Source: Octopus vulgaris
Taxonomy: Eukaryota
NCBI GenBank assembly: GCA_951406725.2
Contig: OX597818.1
Location: forward strand, 11,718,001-11,782,000
DNA length: 64,000 nt
Direction of reading: 5' to 3'
The notes under the pieces are model-generated. The model ran no database searches. It saw only the letters and a program-made list of their open reading frames with translations, and was not told the DNA's origin. Positions 40,020 through 56,978 of the stretch are shown here, one piece after another; the stretch's first letter is position 1, and each line of letters begins with the position of its first letter. The translations under genes and the position numbers were made by a program.

Positions 40020-40659
40020 GATTAAAGGAATGGAAAAAGCACGACAGCTGTTTCAAAAGGAGCACTGGGTGCATATTATATATCATACAAATATTTCATG
40101 GCTGTCAAGTGTCTTTTCTCAACGAGTGCACACAGCTATTCTGCTGGAAATTATTTACTGTCAAGAATTACGCAAAAAGGGGGCTAGAGAAAAAAAATGT
40201 ATATTTTAAGAACCAAAAAGGAGAGTGGGAAGTGGGATTTGTAGAGATCCAACCACGTTCCCTATTTACAGATTACTTTAGCGAGATAGATCGAGATGTG
40301 GTTTCAAGGAGATAATTTCGTTATCTACATAGTCAAATTTATGGTACGCCCACAGAAGGTTCCAATGCAGTTAATATTTTCCGTATATTTATACATTTTA
40401 AACTATATATTCATCTTGTTTACGAGTCTCATTTCGATTTTCATGTTTTACTAGGGTTTCTTTCTGTTTTTCTATTCAGTGATCTTCTAGCATAAGCCTG
40501 AGTGCATTTATGCGAGTATTTGGAATTATATTTATTAGCATTCTACCGATGTATTCATTTCTAAATTTTTACGCTTACTTAAACGTAAGTTCGCGTGTGT
40601 ATACTTGGAAATATAAGTGCGTGTGCGTCTCTGTGTTCCCTGTGTGTGTATATATGTAT

Positions 40660-41135
<476 letters not shown>

Positions 41136-41272
41136 ATGTGTGTGTGTGTGTGTGCGTGTGTGTGTGTGTGCGTGTGTGTGTGTGCAGTTCTATATTTAAG
41201 ATATGAGGAATTATGTGCATCATTTACATACTTTATAATTGATGGATATTTGTCCTCATCTTGTTTGTTGTT

Positions 41273-41318
41273 AACAAAACGTTTCGGCTGATATACCCTC
41301 CAGCCTATATCAGGTGTC
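41273..41318 (-). ncRNA. Degenerate hammerhead-like motif in a module at 41185-41330
   Basis: gacac-CTGATAT-A-GGCTG..CAGCC-GAAAC-GTT-ttgtt; G8/A9 altered. Confidence 0.45.
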
Positions 41319-41338
41319 TTGGTGAAATAATATAAATA

Positions 41339-41391
<53 letters not shown>

Positions 41392-41805
41392 CAGGCGTAG
41401 GAATGACTGTGTGGTAAGTAGCTTGCTTACCAACCACATGGTTCCGGGTTCAGTCCCACTGCGTGGTACCTTGTGCAAGTGTCTTCTACTATAGCATCGG
41501 GCTGACCAAAGCCTTGTGAGTGGATTTGGTAGACGGAAACTGAAAGAAGCCTGTCGTATCTATGTATATAGATATGTGTGTGTGCGTGTATGTTTGAGTG
41601 TCTGTGTCTGTCCCCCTAGCATTGCTTGACAACCGATGCTGGTGTGTTTGTGTTCCCGTCACTTAGCGGTTCGGCAAAAGAGACAGATAGAATAAGTACT
41701 GGGCTTACAAAGAATAAATCCCGGGGTCGATTTGCTCGACTAAAGGCGGTGCTCCAGCATAGCCGCAGTCAAATGACTGAAACAAGTAAAAGAGTAAAGA
41801 GTAAG
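41392..41805 (+). mobile_element. SINE family B
   Basis: Full-length match. Confidence 0.92.
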
Positions 41806-41868
41806 AGTATATATGTGTGTGTATGTGAGTGTGTGTGTGTGTGTGCACATGCATATGTATGGATGTGC

Positions 41869-41917
<49 letters not shown>

Positions 41918-42312
41918 TGTGTATGTATTTGTATTTAGTTACGCATATTTGGGATTATAAGAACGTATGTGTATGTGTATGCGTGCATCTGCACAGTTTC
42001 TTTTCATGCGTGTGTATGCGTGTGTGCATATATGTGTGTGTTCATGAGTTGTGTTGTGTATAAGTGTGCACATGTGTATATATGTGCATATGCACATACA
42101 CGAAACACACAAGAGTCACTTTATTTAGTACTTTTTATTTATTCGTAGAGTAGGAATTCCCCTTTTACTGAATATACATTTGGGAATTTGTTAATAACAG
42201 CAGAATTTATATAATAAATTTTAATACACATGTATACATTATTGCATTAATATGATCCAGCAATAGCGGTTTCCTGCAGAGAAGGTTCGAGAACAGTTGC
42301 CCAAGACACCTA

Positions 42313-42351
<39 letters not shown>

Positions 42352-42382
42352 AATTTGTGTGTGTATATATATCACACACAAA

Positions 42383-42612
42383 GGCGGCGAGCTGGTAGAA
42401 ACGTTAGCACGCCGGGCGAAATTCGTAGCCGTATTTCATCTGTCGTTATGTTCTGAGTTCAAATTCCGCCGAGGTCGACTTTGCCTTTCATCCTTTCGGG
42501 GTCGATAAATTAAGTACCAGTTACGCACTGGGGTCGATGTAATCGAGTTAATCCTTTTGTCTGCCCTTGTTTGTCCCCTCTGTGTTTAGCCCCTTGTGGG
42601 TAGTAAAGAAAT
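42383..42612 (+). mobile_element. SINE family A, full length
   Basis: Head to AAAGAAATA tail. Confidence 0.92.
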
Positions 42613-43098
42613 ATATATATATATATCACACACACACACACACATATATATATATACATACATACATAAATACATACATACATATATATATATGTAAGTA
42701 GGTATACACACTCGTACGCACCAATCATAGATACATGTATGTATGTATGTTTGTATGTATGTATGTATGTATGTATGCATGTATGTATGTATGTATGTAT
42801 GTATGTATGTATGTATGTATGTATGTATGAATGTATGTATGTGTTAGTGTATGCATATGTGTACGCTTGTATGTATATATGCAGGATATTGTCATTTTCA
42901 TTGTCTTCCTTTCTGAGTTTCCTCTTGCAACATAACGTAAATGAAATATAAACACCTTCTTCCTGTCTCTATATTTATGTATTTATGTTACAATCATGTA
43001 AACCTGTCTTTATTTTGTACCCGTATTTCCCACTCGTACCGTTATTTTCCTAAAGGCAGAGTGCAAGGAGAACCGCACTTACATAAATACATACCTGC

Positions 43099-43197
<99 letters not shown>

Positions 43198-43453
43198 ACT
43201 CACGCACACACACACATACACACATGCTCGTAACACGAAAGGACAACCAGAAAGACAGAAAGATTGACACCCAATCATTCAAATAATAAAGGGTTTGTGT
43301 GGGGTCTGTTTGTAACTAAATGTATGTCTATGTAAAAGTGTGTGTGTGTGTGTGTGTGTATGCACGTATAAGTGTGAGCATAACTTATATGTGCATACAC
43401 ACACATACACACACACTCATACGCACACACACACACACACAAACACACATACA

Positions 43454-43489
<36 letters not shown>

Positions 43490-43549
43490 ATTGTGTCTGT
43501 CACTTTTGGTGCCATTGAGAAACAAAGTAAGTTCATATACATAATATAA

Positions 43550-45460
<1,911 letters not shown>

Positions 45461-45479
45461 ATAAATATATGTTTATATT

Positions 45480-45561
<82 letters not shown>

Positions 45562-45707
45562 TGGCTATCTATATGCTTGTGTGTGTATGCATATGTATAT
45601 AGTCAACTAGGTGAAGCTGTCTGATGTTGAATGGCCTAAAACTCTGAGATCCTACAAACATGATTGATGATGCATCCCAGGGCATCTACTTGACGTACCT
45701 TAAAACT

Positions 45708-45761
<54 letters not shown>

Positions 45762-46346
45762 TATGTATGTATGCATGTATGTATGTATGCATGCGTGTAT
45801 GTGTGTGTGTGGGGGGGGGAGTGGGGGTGTTAACATAAGGTCCTGCATCTCCCTCAAATTTTAAGGCACCGAGCGAGAAGAATCTTTACCGCACTGGGCA
45901 AAATGCTTAGCGATACTTCTTTCGGCTCTTTACGTTTTGAGTTCTGTTGCTGCAGGGTTCAACTTACCCTTTCAGCCTTTTCAGGTCGATAAAATAAGTT
46001 CCAACTGAACGCTGGTATTCTTTCAAAATTTGAAACCATTGTTTTAAAGCACGTTGAAGAATAACACGGAAGCATTTACTGATGGTGTGACATTATACTG
46101 AGATAAGCGCCAGTTTGTGATCTGGTTGAATTGGAATTCAGTGTCGCCTATCAGTTCGATAAAAAAAAAAAGTTTAAACCTATCGGTTTAATCAGAGGCA
46201 GGATATCGCAGCAGAGGAGTCGCCGTTAAGAAGAAATATAAGGACTCACGATGGTCGCTGAAGCCTAGTCATTGTGGACGAATACCATTAAAGCCAAAAT
46301 AGACAAATCCATGAAACATGGAACCTCAATCAACTCGATGTTCATA

Positions 46347-46383
<37 letters not shown>

Positions 46384-46643
46384 TATACATATTTATATCC
46401 TTTTATATATGACTTTAAATAAAACCCTCGATTCAATAACACCGTGTACAAACTCTATGCTTGGAATGACCAATTTTAAATACTAGTGCAACTTACAAGG
46501 TACTAGAATCTTATATGTATACCATTCTGCCTAAATATTAGAACTACAGATGCAATATCCCTGCACATCTCACGTCTATTTTCATTGCTCCACTTCACTC
46601 TCTATTTCATATCATACCTATTGCTTAACCATTTTCTCACACC

Positions 46644-46691
46644 GTCTCCGATGAAGGGATATACAAAATATCCTGGAAACAGCTGTAAGAC
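46644..46691 (+). ncRNA. Minimal type I hammerhead-like motif (U4C variant)
   Basis: gtct-CCGATGA-A-GGGATATacaaaATATCCT-G-GAAAC-AGCT-GTA-agac. Confidence 0.65.
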
Positions 46692-47039
46692 CTTCTATTT
46701 ATAAATTTTCTGAAATCTTTCACAGCCTTGGATTTTTATCTCATTCTGAAAATTTATATATATATATATATATACTTATATTTATATTTATATTTATACA
46801 TACATACACACGCACATACGTATATATAATTATGTAAATATCTCTATGTTTGAGTACCTGTGCCTAAACGTACATGTAAATATGATAAAAGACTGGGGTG
46901 GCATGCAGAAAGATGAAATAATTGATAACTAAAGAAACGAGGTTCATCTCTCTTAATTCTTGAGGAAAATATATAACATATACCAAGATGAAAAATATAT
47001 TACTGAGAGGAACAAATTAATGATAAAACGAACATGATT

Positions 47040-47552
47040 ATTTTAAATGCCATGTGTTAAGAATACAAGAAAAGATAACAGGACCGAAGAAAAGAACATC
47101 TGGGGAAAAGAGCCACACGGTCAGCAAACGTAGAACGTCGCAGCAGAGTAGACTTGGTTATGGCTGAAGAATGGAGGCCTTAAAAAAGAAGCAGAATGGC
47201 TGATCAAGGCCAGTCGGTGCGAACGAATATCATTAAGGCCAAAATAGAAAAATCGGGGGAGTGTCAAATGCAGAGTATGTAATGAGCAAGAGGAATCCGT
47301 TATGCGTATAAGCTCATGTAATCCCTTGGCACAGAAGTAATATAGACGCAAGTACGACTATGTGGCCAAGGCACGACTGTGTAGCCAAAGCTCGACTGTG
47401 TGGCCAATGCTTGACTGTGTGGCCAAGGCACTATACTGAGATATATTACGGCCAAGATCATTTAAAGTAAAAAGAAAAAGGTACGAACATCAACCAGAAA
47501 GTGCAATATAGAAAGAACAACCAGTACAAGATTTTATGGGATTTTAATGTAC
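47040..47552 (+). mobile_element. Decayed RLE-type LINE fragment (second subfamily; related piece at ~46145-46315)
   Basis: TWLWLKNGGLKKEAEWLI, KCRVCNEQEESVMRISSCNPLAQK, KILWDFNV. Confidence 0.85.
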
Positions 47553-48028
47553 ATCATTTTTATTTATTATTGAGTGAGAGAGCAGCGTATGCTACTGAAC
47601 TGACAAGTGACACAGGGGTACAAATATACGAAGCCTGATATACCCATCATAACTACCCGTCTGATATGCGTACACAAGGCACGTGCATCACAACCATATG
47701 AGCGCGACATGGTAACCTCGTATCAAGATAAACTGCGCATGACCTTACAGATGGGGCCCAGTTAGAATCTTTGTCAGGTTGAATAACCCATCCCGCTCAA
47801 AAGATCCCTGAATAAGAGTTGTTTAAGGATGATGAAGAACTTCCATATCGCTATTTAAGTAGCTTAGCTCAACCATCCTTGCTTCATATGCTGCAGCTGC
47901 AAACTCGTAGTAAATATTCAAGAATTCTCTGCTTCGTCTCATGATGTTATTGCCTTCATAATTGATTATATATGTGATGTACTCATTTCCCTTCTTGCTG
48001 TTCAATTTATGCATATATATACATATAC

Positions 48029-48089
<61 letters not shown>

Positions 48090-48111
48090 TATATATATAT
48101 GTATATGTATG

Positions 48112-48155
<44 letters not shown>

Positions 48156-48173
48156 CATACATACATACATACA

Positions 48174-48208
<35 letters not shown>

Positions 48209-48708
48209 GTGAGTGTGTGTACAGGTACATGTGTATATTTACATTATACACAATGATTTAGAAAATTTGGACAAAAAAACTTGATCAAATACCAGACACA
48301 CAAGCACAACCACACACAAACAAACAAGTGCGCAAAAGCTCCAACTCTTCAACACAACAAAACAAAAAAAAAAACAGTACAGAGACTAGGTATTAAGTTG
48401 CTGAGTTCAGATTAAACGTATTGAAAGCAAAACGCTGTTATTAAGCAGACACAAATATCATCGGTTGATCTGAATTGTTGCCTTCGTTAATTCGACAGAA
48501 TAACACATAACACGCATCTATATATAGCTTGGTGTCTTTCATGGAAAACATTCCTCACTCTCTCCCTCCCTTTCTCTCATGCTTTCTAGGAAAATTTATA
48601 TATATAATACTCTTGTGTTTACTAAATGTGTGTGTGTGTGTCTGTGTGGTTGTGGGTATGTATGTGTGTATATACACATATATATGCATTTATGTATATA
48701 TGTATGTT

Positions 48709-48756
<48 letters not shown>

Positions 48757-48950
48757 TTTATACATGTTTGTGTGTGTGTGTGAAGCAGGTTAATTGTTTC
48801 ATGATAAAGTTCCGCTGGCTCAGTTGTGCGTCTACGTCATCATATGTACAGAGTCAAACTCGTTTCTGCACACGAGCTCCGTCTACAAGTCTTTAGTGCT
48901 ACTTCATTATTTGTTCAGCCACCTACATACAAACCTACACACACGCGTAC

Positions 48951-49033
<83 letters not shown>

Positions 49034-49042
49034 TACAATCTC

Positions 49043-49099
<57 letters not shown>

Positions 49100-49101
49100 A
49101 G

Positions 49102-49815
<714 letters not shown>

Positions 49816-49839
49816 GATAGGGATATGTATATAAAACTT

Positions 49840-50340
49840 AGGTGTAGTGCAGCTACCTAACTACAGTTTTCATTAAGGGAGATTAAAATCGCCCAACATC
49901 AATATACTCCCGGAGTTGTATTTTTCTTGAAAGGACTTGGTTTTATTGAGGCACTCTTAAAAGCATTGTAGAGGAAATTGAGGAGGCCTGTAGAGACCAA
50001 CAATGGTTATGTCATTAACCTTGTTGAATAATGATATAGATTCACAGTAGCCATTAAAATATATGTCCTTGGCTTTCATGGCAAAGGAATCATGGAGAAA
50101 AATGGCTGTTCCTCCTATATTTTCGGTCTGTGCAATATGCACGGATGATGGTGATTTTTTAAAAATGTTCACTTCGGCACCCATGTGAGTGTTGTTTAGG
50201 TGCGTTTCTGAGGATGAAGACAGAGACGCAGTGCGTCATTTCAACAGGCCAATTCTCTATGTATAGAATCTTCTATTTCTGGGGCGCTGGATCATGATTT
50301 GATGCCACGTACATTTAGCAGGAATGTCGAAACGAAGGTT
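49840..50340 (-). mobile_element. APE endonuclease fragment of a CR1/L2/Jockey-type LINE
   Basis: LLNVRGI, SETHLN, GGTAIFL, IVGLYRPP, GDFNLP motifs in order. Confidence 0.85.
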
Positions 50341-50560
50341 GGTCGTTGTTTGTATTGTCTTAATGCCTTGTTTTGTGTCTTATGTTTGGGCTTAGAAAAA
50401 TGAGTGGTGAAGTTGACATTGGTGACATGTGGAATCAGAACGTAACTAAATGTAACTAAATACCGTAAAGCGATTCATGAGACGCTCCTACGATTTTGCC
50501 AATTCACCTGTTCCGTATGTATATATTTATGTATGTATGTATTTGTGTATGTTTGTATGG

Positions 50561-50640
<80 letters not shown>

Positions 50641-50764
50641 TTTTGGAGAGGATAGGTCGTGTGTGTGTGTGTATACACTTGTATATATTTTTTATATTTA
50701 CTTATTAAATTTATTAATGTGGTACACAATTTTCGTATATTCAGTGTTCCTCCACCCTTTTTAC

Positions 50765-50813
<49 letters not shown>

Positions 50814-51651
50814 CATACATACATACATACATACATACATACATACATACATACATACATACATACATACATACATACATCCGTGTATTTTTATCTGACG
50901 TCTATTACTCCTTGGCTGACTTATTTCTCCTTTGTTAGAGTGTTCCAATAATTTGTCTATGCTAGCTGTCTTGAATTTTTATTTAACACGCTGTTCAGGT
51001 TTTTACTCTCCCAAGCGCCAAAGTGCAAAGGAATTTTACTGCACCGCTTAAAATTCTCTATTCCCTAATCTCTCTACTCCTTTCACACCTACTCTTCCCC
51101 TGTACTTACCATCCTTCTCTTTCAACTTAATGACATCTAAAATATCACCCACTTTGTCTCCTTTTAGGGCGACCTACCCGCAAATTAATGCTTTCATTGA
51201 TCAATTGATTTTGTTTTGTTTGGGGGGGGGTTCAACTTGCCATTTTTGTTATGACTAATTTGATTAATCATTTGTTCATCTCCATTCGACAGTGTGAGCA
51301 ACTTAGAGGTAATAGTACCTGAAGATTAGCTAAGAAGATTTATGTTACAATCTATATAACCAATATTGTTTTAGTCATGAAACAACTGTATTCATGCTTT
51401 ACTTCTTCCATTCCTTACATTCGCGGATTTTTATTCGCATTTTTAGCAACTTTGGCTGCCACACCGTGAGTTGTTAGCTTATCAAAATTTCCTTTGATTT
51501 CAATTTGGGAAGAATTGTGTAACTTACGATGTTTAATAAACTCGTCTTATCGTATTTTGTCTACCTTATAGTCATCAATACTAACTGTTCGAAGCCTACA
51601 AACGTTCGACACTTGGACCCCTGGATCGTACTAACCTATATATATATATAT

Positions 51652-51692
<41 letters not shown>

Positions 51693-53079
51693 TGATGGTG
51701 GAGGTGACTTCGTGCTTGAATGGAAATGGAGCACATTTTATAGTAGCCACACTATTATAAAGACATTTCTTCACTAATAATTTGGATTATTAAAGTCTGC
51801 AATTATTAAAGTCTACACTGCCCAGAAAATTCTTAAAAGTTCTTTTTTTTTAATAGATTTATTTAACACGTGTTCATATCTTCTTTTATTTTTGAAAATT
51901 TTATCCATAGAAAACCAATTTTAATTCTCTGCGGCATAACGTTCCCTCGTCGTTTTCTCTCTCTTTCTCTCCTGCTTTCTCTCTCTCTCATTCTCTCTCA
52001 TTCGCTCTTTCTCCATCCTCTCTCTCTCTGTTTTTCTCTCTCTCTTTCTCTTTCTCTCACTCTTACACATAAAGCTACAACATGAAGTCTTATATATTTC
52101 CGATAATCATTTCCTTTGCTGGGATCGTTGATAATCTTATCATAGTTCATTTGATCAACGAAAATAAAAAATTATTATTTTCACCCATCTGTAATTGTAT
52201 GCCTTTATATAAGTTATTGATACTAAAATGTAAAAATATTTATTTCGACTGCAAAGTAATGCAAATAAGCTGTACAATTACATGTACCAGAACTTATAGT
52301 AAATTTTTCAATATGATTTTTACCCAATAGAATTTTCCAGAGACACCGACATAATTTTAAAATATATCTGAGAGGTGAATTTGTCGGTATAGCTGTTTGG
52401 TATGCTACATACCTCAGAATATACCCACGTGACATCAGCTATTTCTAGCATTCTAAACAACCACGTAGAGGATGGTTGCCTTTGAGTTTGTTAAAAAAAG
52501 AGAGAGAGAATAAAGACTGCGATAAAATAATGAAAGAAGTATTTCCTGAGCGAGTGAGAACAACTGGGAGAAGAAACGGCAAAAAGAAAACTGCCCGGAG
52601 GGCTGTTTCCATGCTAATATACGAAATAAACAACCATTAAATATGAGACTCATGCTAACATTTGGATCTTTTGTAACGGTTAACATTAAACATTTCAACA
52701 AAAAATGTTATTTATAGCGACAAAAACCGGTGAATAAGCAATGCAAGTTACTAAAAGAAAAGCATTTTGAGGCGTATTGTAACAATATGGTAGTTGTTTA
52801 CAGTCCACAATGTTTGTCGGTTGAATGACAAATAACCTAGTACAGGCTCCAAACAAGCTAAAAATTTTCTTTGTTAACGTGAGTCTCATTCAAAGCCTCT
52901 TTTTTTTAATGAAAAAAAGGAATGTTGTTTGTAAATTTGTGATTTGTTTATCCATTTCTATTTCTTGAATCTGGTTAAAACGTTACTCAGCGTAAATTTT
53001 ATAACGTTATTGTACGTAAGTGGACTGTGTTCTCTTTTTCTATGGATTGCTTACGCGATCATGTATTCTTTCATATATA

Positions 53080-53492
53080 CTCTTTTACTTGTTTCAGTCA
53101 TTTGACTGCAGCCATACTGGAGCACCGCCTTTAGTTGAGCAAATTGGACTTATTCTTTGTAAGCCTAGTACTTACTCTATCAGTCTATTTTGCCGAACCA
53201 CTAAGTAACCACACCAGCATCAGTTGTCAAGTGATGTTGAGGGAACAAACACAGACACACAAACATATACGCGCACATACACATATATATATACATATAT
53301 AGGACGGGCTTCTTTCAGTTTCCGTCTACCAAATCCACTCACAAGGCTTTGGTCGGCCCAAGGCTATAGTAGAAGATACTTGCCCAAGGTGCCACGCAGT
53401 AGGACTGAACCCAGAACTATGTGGTTAGTAAGCAAGCTACTTACCACACAGCCACTCCTGCACATACATTCACACTTATACACATATATGTA

Positions 53493-53523
<31 letters not shown>

Positions 53524-54415
53524 TTGTATGTGTGTGTGTGTGTGCGTGTATGTGTGTGTGTGTGTGTGCGCGCGCGCGTGTGTACTGGGCATCAACCCCG
53601 AATTTCTATATTGTGCTATTGCTAGATAGTTGCTAACCATACGCGGAGTTCATCAGTTCATCGGGTGTTGCTAGTTTTCTCGCAACACTTTTCATCAGGT
53701 TAACTTGATGGTGATGTTGTCGGTGGAAGTGATGGTGCAGGTTTAGTTGCCGACGATTTGACTATGCAACAAGTGGCCTGTAAGTTTAGCAGAATGTAAC
53801 GCTTGTTCATCGCAAGATTGTAAAATTTTAAATGCATAATTTAGGCAGATGCAAAACACATGATAGCGAGTATCTTGCTCTCGACATTCAGATTGCCACT
53901 GATGTTAGTCACAATAAGAAGCACTATCGTTTCATGAAGCTAGTGTATTGGCCCTAAAAGTTCAGTATCGGTTGCTATGCTTTTTAGGCGTGGCTGTAAT
54001 CTTGTATTCTTTTATTCTTTTATTTGTTTCAGTCGTTTGACTGTGGCCATGCTGGAGCACCACCTTGAAGGATTTTAGTCAAATAAATCGACTCCAGAAG
54101 TTATTTTTAAGCCTAGTACTTATTCTATCAATTTCTTATGCCGAACCGCTAAGTTACGGGAACGTAAACACACCAACACCGGTTTTCAAGCTGTGGTGGG
54201 GGACAAATACAATCACACAGACACACACACATAGATAGATGAATATATATACAACAGGCTTCTTTCAGTTTCCGTCCACCAAATCCACTCACAAGGCTTT
54301 GGTCAGCCCGAGGCTATAGTAGAAGACACTTGCTCAAGGCGCCAGGTAGTGGGAAGCAACTTGGAACCATGAAGTTGGGAAGCAAGCTTTTTACCACACA
54401 GCCACGCTTGCACCT
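53080..54415 (-). mobile_element. Two SINE family B copies (53080-53462, 54005-54415)
   Basis: Match to family B. Confidence 0.88.
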
Positions 54416-54821
54416 ATATACTAAATCAACAAAAACCAAGTGTAACTAGATGGAACACTTTTCTGAGCAGTTAAACTGAGTCTGCGGTTGATATAGTAGT
54501 CTTTAACCAATGAACAAAGATCAATCATCATACGTTTTGGTATTGCATCCGCTGCAGTGAGGCGGCAAAAGCTGTAATTACATTGAATCTTGATCAGATT
54601 CCTGGTAAAGATGGAAACAGCACTGAGTTTTTAGCACTTTCATGAGAATGGTGCCACATGAAATCATAAGGTTAGCGTCGTTTAGAGAGGCAGTTCTGCC
54701 GCCAAGAATTGGAAAGATGCAATTATGTTACCTCTCAATGAAAAGAATATCAGAATAGTTTGGTAACCATAGAGGCATTGCTTTATTGTTAGCTGCAGCC
54801 AAGTTCTGTCAAGCATTCTTC

Positions 54822-56978
54822 AGTGTTGTCAGTGTTGTTTGTTTGTACCACTGATTGAAGTCGTCACGCTGGCTTGCATCGGACGAAAACTGATTGTGAA
54901 AGAGGCTCTACTGTAAGGTAAGACTTTTGTTTTTGGGTCCAGTGGGGGTTTGTTGTTTGCGGTAATTATTTTTGTACAAGCAAGAAGTCCTCACTGGCTT
55001 CTGAACTCTAGTCTGATTGCAGTGGAGTGTATAGTTTTCTCACTTAATTGTGAGAATTACTGTTTAGGGGTGTATCTTGCTTCTAAAGATTTTTGTAAAT
55101 AGTGTTTTTCTCACTTAATTTTGAGAATAGTTGGGGCGTAATTCGCTGGCAAAATTTGTTCACTTCTAGTGAATAGTGTTTTTTGGAATTCAACGAAGAT
55201 ACAACAAATGTGAAAAGCTGTGTTCCAAGTTGTGGTGTTCCTGTTTCAAATTGAAAGCGTAGAGTACCGAGTGGCCAGAGGATTTTTTTGCTGAGTTTTT
55301 CTGAACTGTTGTTCTCTTTTCTTCTATCTTTTATTTGTGACTGTCTTTATTGAACTGTTTACTTTTTTCTTTCTTCCTTTTTGTTGAAACTTTCTTTTGA
55401 TTTCTCTCTTTTTCTTCTTTCATTGTTTGAATTTTATTGTGAACTGTTTTTGGACTTTTAATTTAAAAGAAAAAACATGGCAAAGAACATGGACAAAATT
55501 GTGGAGTGGTTGGTTGAAGGAGTTTGAAGAGAAGGCGGTGGTTTTGAGGACATACTTCAAGTTGCTCAACACCATCGCCATATTTGAAAAAACTATGATT
55601 GAAAAAGAGTTGGCGGAGTATCTGCCAAATATTAAATACATTTCTAGGGCGGGTCAAGTACGCAACGGTGTGGTTGCTATTTGGCACCCCCGAAGAGACT
55701 CGCAAATTTGCGAGCCAGCCCTTTGAGGGCAGGAAAATGTTGTTCCTTCTCACTTATTGTGGGAGGAAGTTGACGAGGGCTTGGATCTGTGGTTTGCCAC
55801 CCGGAATAGAACCCGAGTGGATAGAGGATACTATCCGTCGGGGTCGGGGTCTGGGTGGCAGCGGAGCGACGCTCCTCAATGTGAAAATCTTGCCTGCGGT
55901 TTATTGGGAGGGGTCAAAAGCGGCTTTGACCGTATGGACCCAATCAGCCAAAAATCTGGTATTTCCAGATTTTTTGAGAATGGCCGGTTCTAGGTATCCG
56001 GTGACGCTTGAAGGACGCCCCCCCCCCCCAAGTGTCACCTGTGCCTGGAACCAGGCCACATTAAAAAGAACTGTCCCCAGGACCAAGGTAAGGTCCTGGA
56101 GCAGTTAATAAAAATACCGCTCCCTGCTGCCCCATTGGAGGGAGAGAAGGAGGCAGTCGAGGAGGTGGAGACCTCCTTGAAAAAAGGAAAAAAAGAAAGG
56201 TGGGCAACAATGGTTGCCCACTGAAGGATCCGAAGGCTGCGGGAAGGAAGGAAGATCTTCCGGACAAAACGGAAGAACTCCACCCTCCCGTGGATCAAGG
56301 AAAAAAAGAAGAAAAAGAAAATCGGGACATTGCCGGCGGTTTGTGACACTGCTGGCGTGTCCCGAAGCACCTTCGGTGGAAGTTGTGCCACCGAAGGTAG
56401 AAACTGTAGGCCCTTCCCATGCTAAGGAGGAGGAATTTGTGATCCTCTTCCATAAGGGAGGGTCATTGGAAAGCTTCGTTAAGAAGTTTGAAATGAAAGG
56501 CCGGATGGAACTGAGGACACTGACTGGTCTTCACAAGTAACTGCGGAGGTTATATGGGAGACCGATTTGTGCAGGATGATGAATTCTTTCCCCGAGGACA
56601 CTTTTAGATTTATGTTAAAAGGGCCCAACTTGGCACCGTCCAGGTGCTTGAAGGAGGCGAGGAGCCTGGTCGGGCATGAAAGTTCAAAATAAAGGTAAGA
56701 GGCTTAGTGCTTCATTTTTGTTATTGAATTGTGAAAAATGTTAGAGGTTTGTTGCCTCGTAAATGAATTTTGGTATTGAATTGTGAAGAACGTAAGACGT
56801 TTGTTGCCGCGTGAATGAAATATAAAAGAGCATTGTTCTCGGGTAAGCAGCAATCGGCGGGCGTTGCTTGTTTCCCTCATTTATCATCATTTTCATTTAT
56901 CATTTCATAACATTGTGTCTATGTCCAGCCCGTAGCTTCCCTTCTATGTAAGGCCTTTATGGCCAATATAATGAATAA
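54822..56978 (+). mobile_element. ORF1-only L1/Tx1-like non-autonomous retroelement
   Basis: TSD AAGCATTCTTC (54811-21) / AAGTATTCTTC (56979-89); ends in AATAAA; no EN or RT motifs inside. Confidence 0.8.
55477..56692 (+). pseudogene. Gag-like ORF1 with CCHC zinc knuckle, frameshifted
   Basis: YPVTLEGRPP then CHLCLEPGHIKKNC (56033-56074); one frameshift lies in the poly-C run at ~56018-56029. Confidence 0.85.

Noticed and set aside
51240-51290. Clustered TAAT/TGATTAAT homeodomain-like sites (similar at ~20850-20880)
   Set aside because: Expected by chance in AT-rich DNA; needs conservation or chromatin data.
53640-53700. Two minus-strand CTGATGA boxes near a GTGTTGC/GCAACAC hairpin
   Set aside because: No GAAA and NUH after the hairpin, and no stem I.
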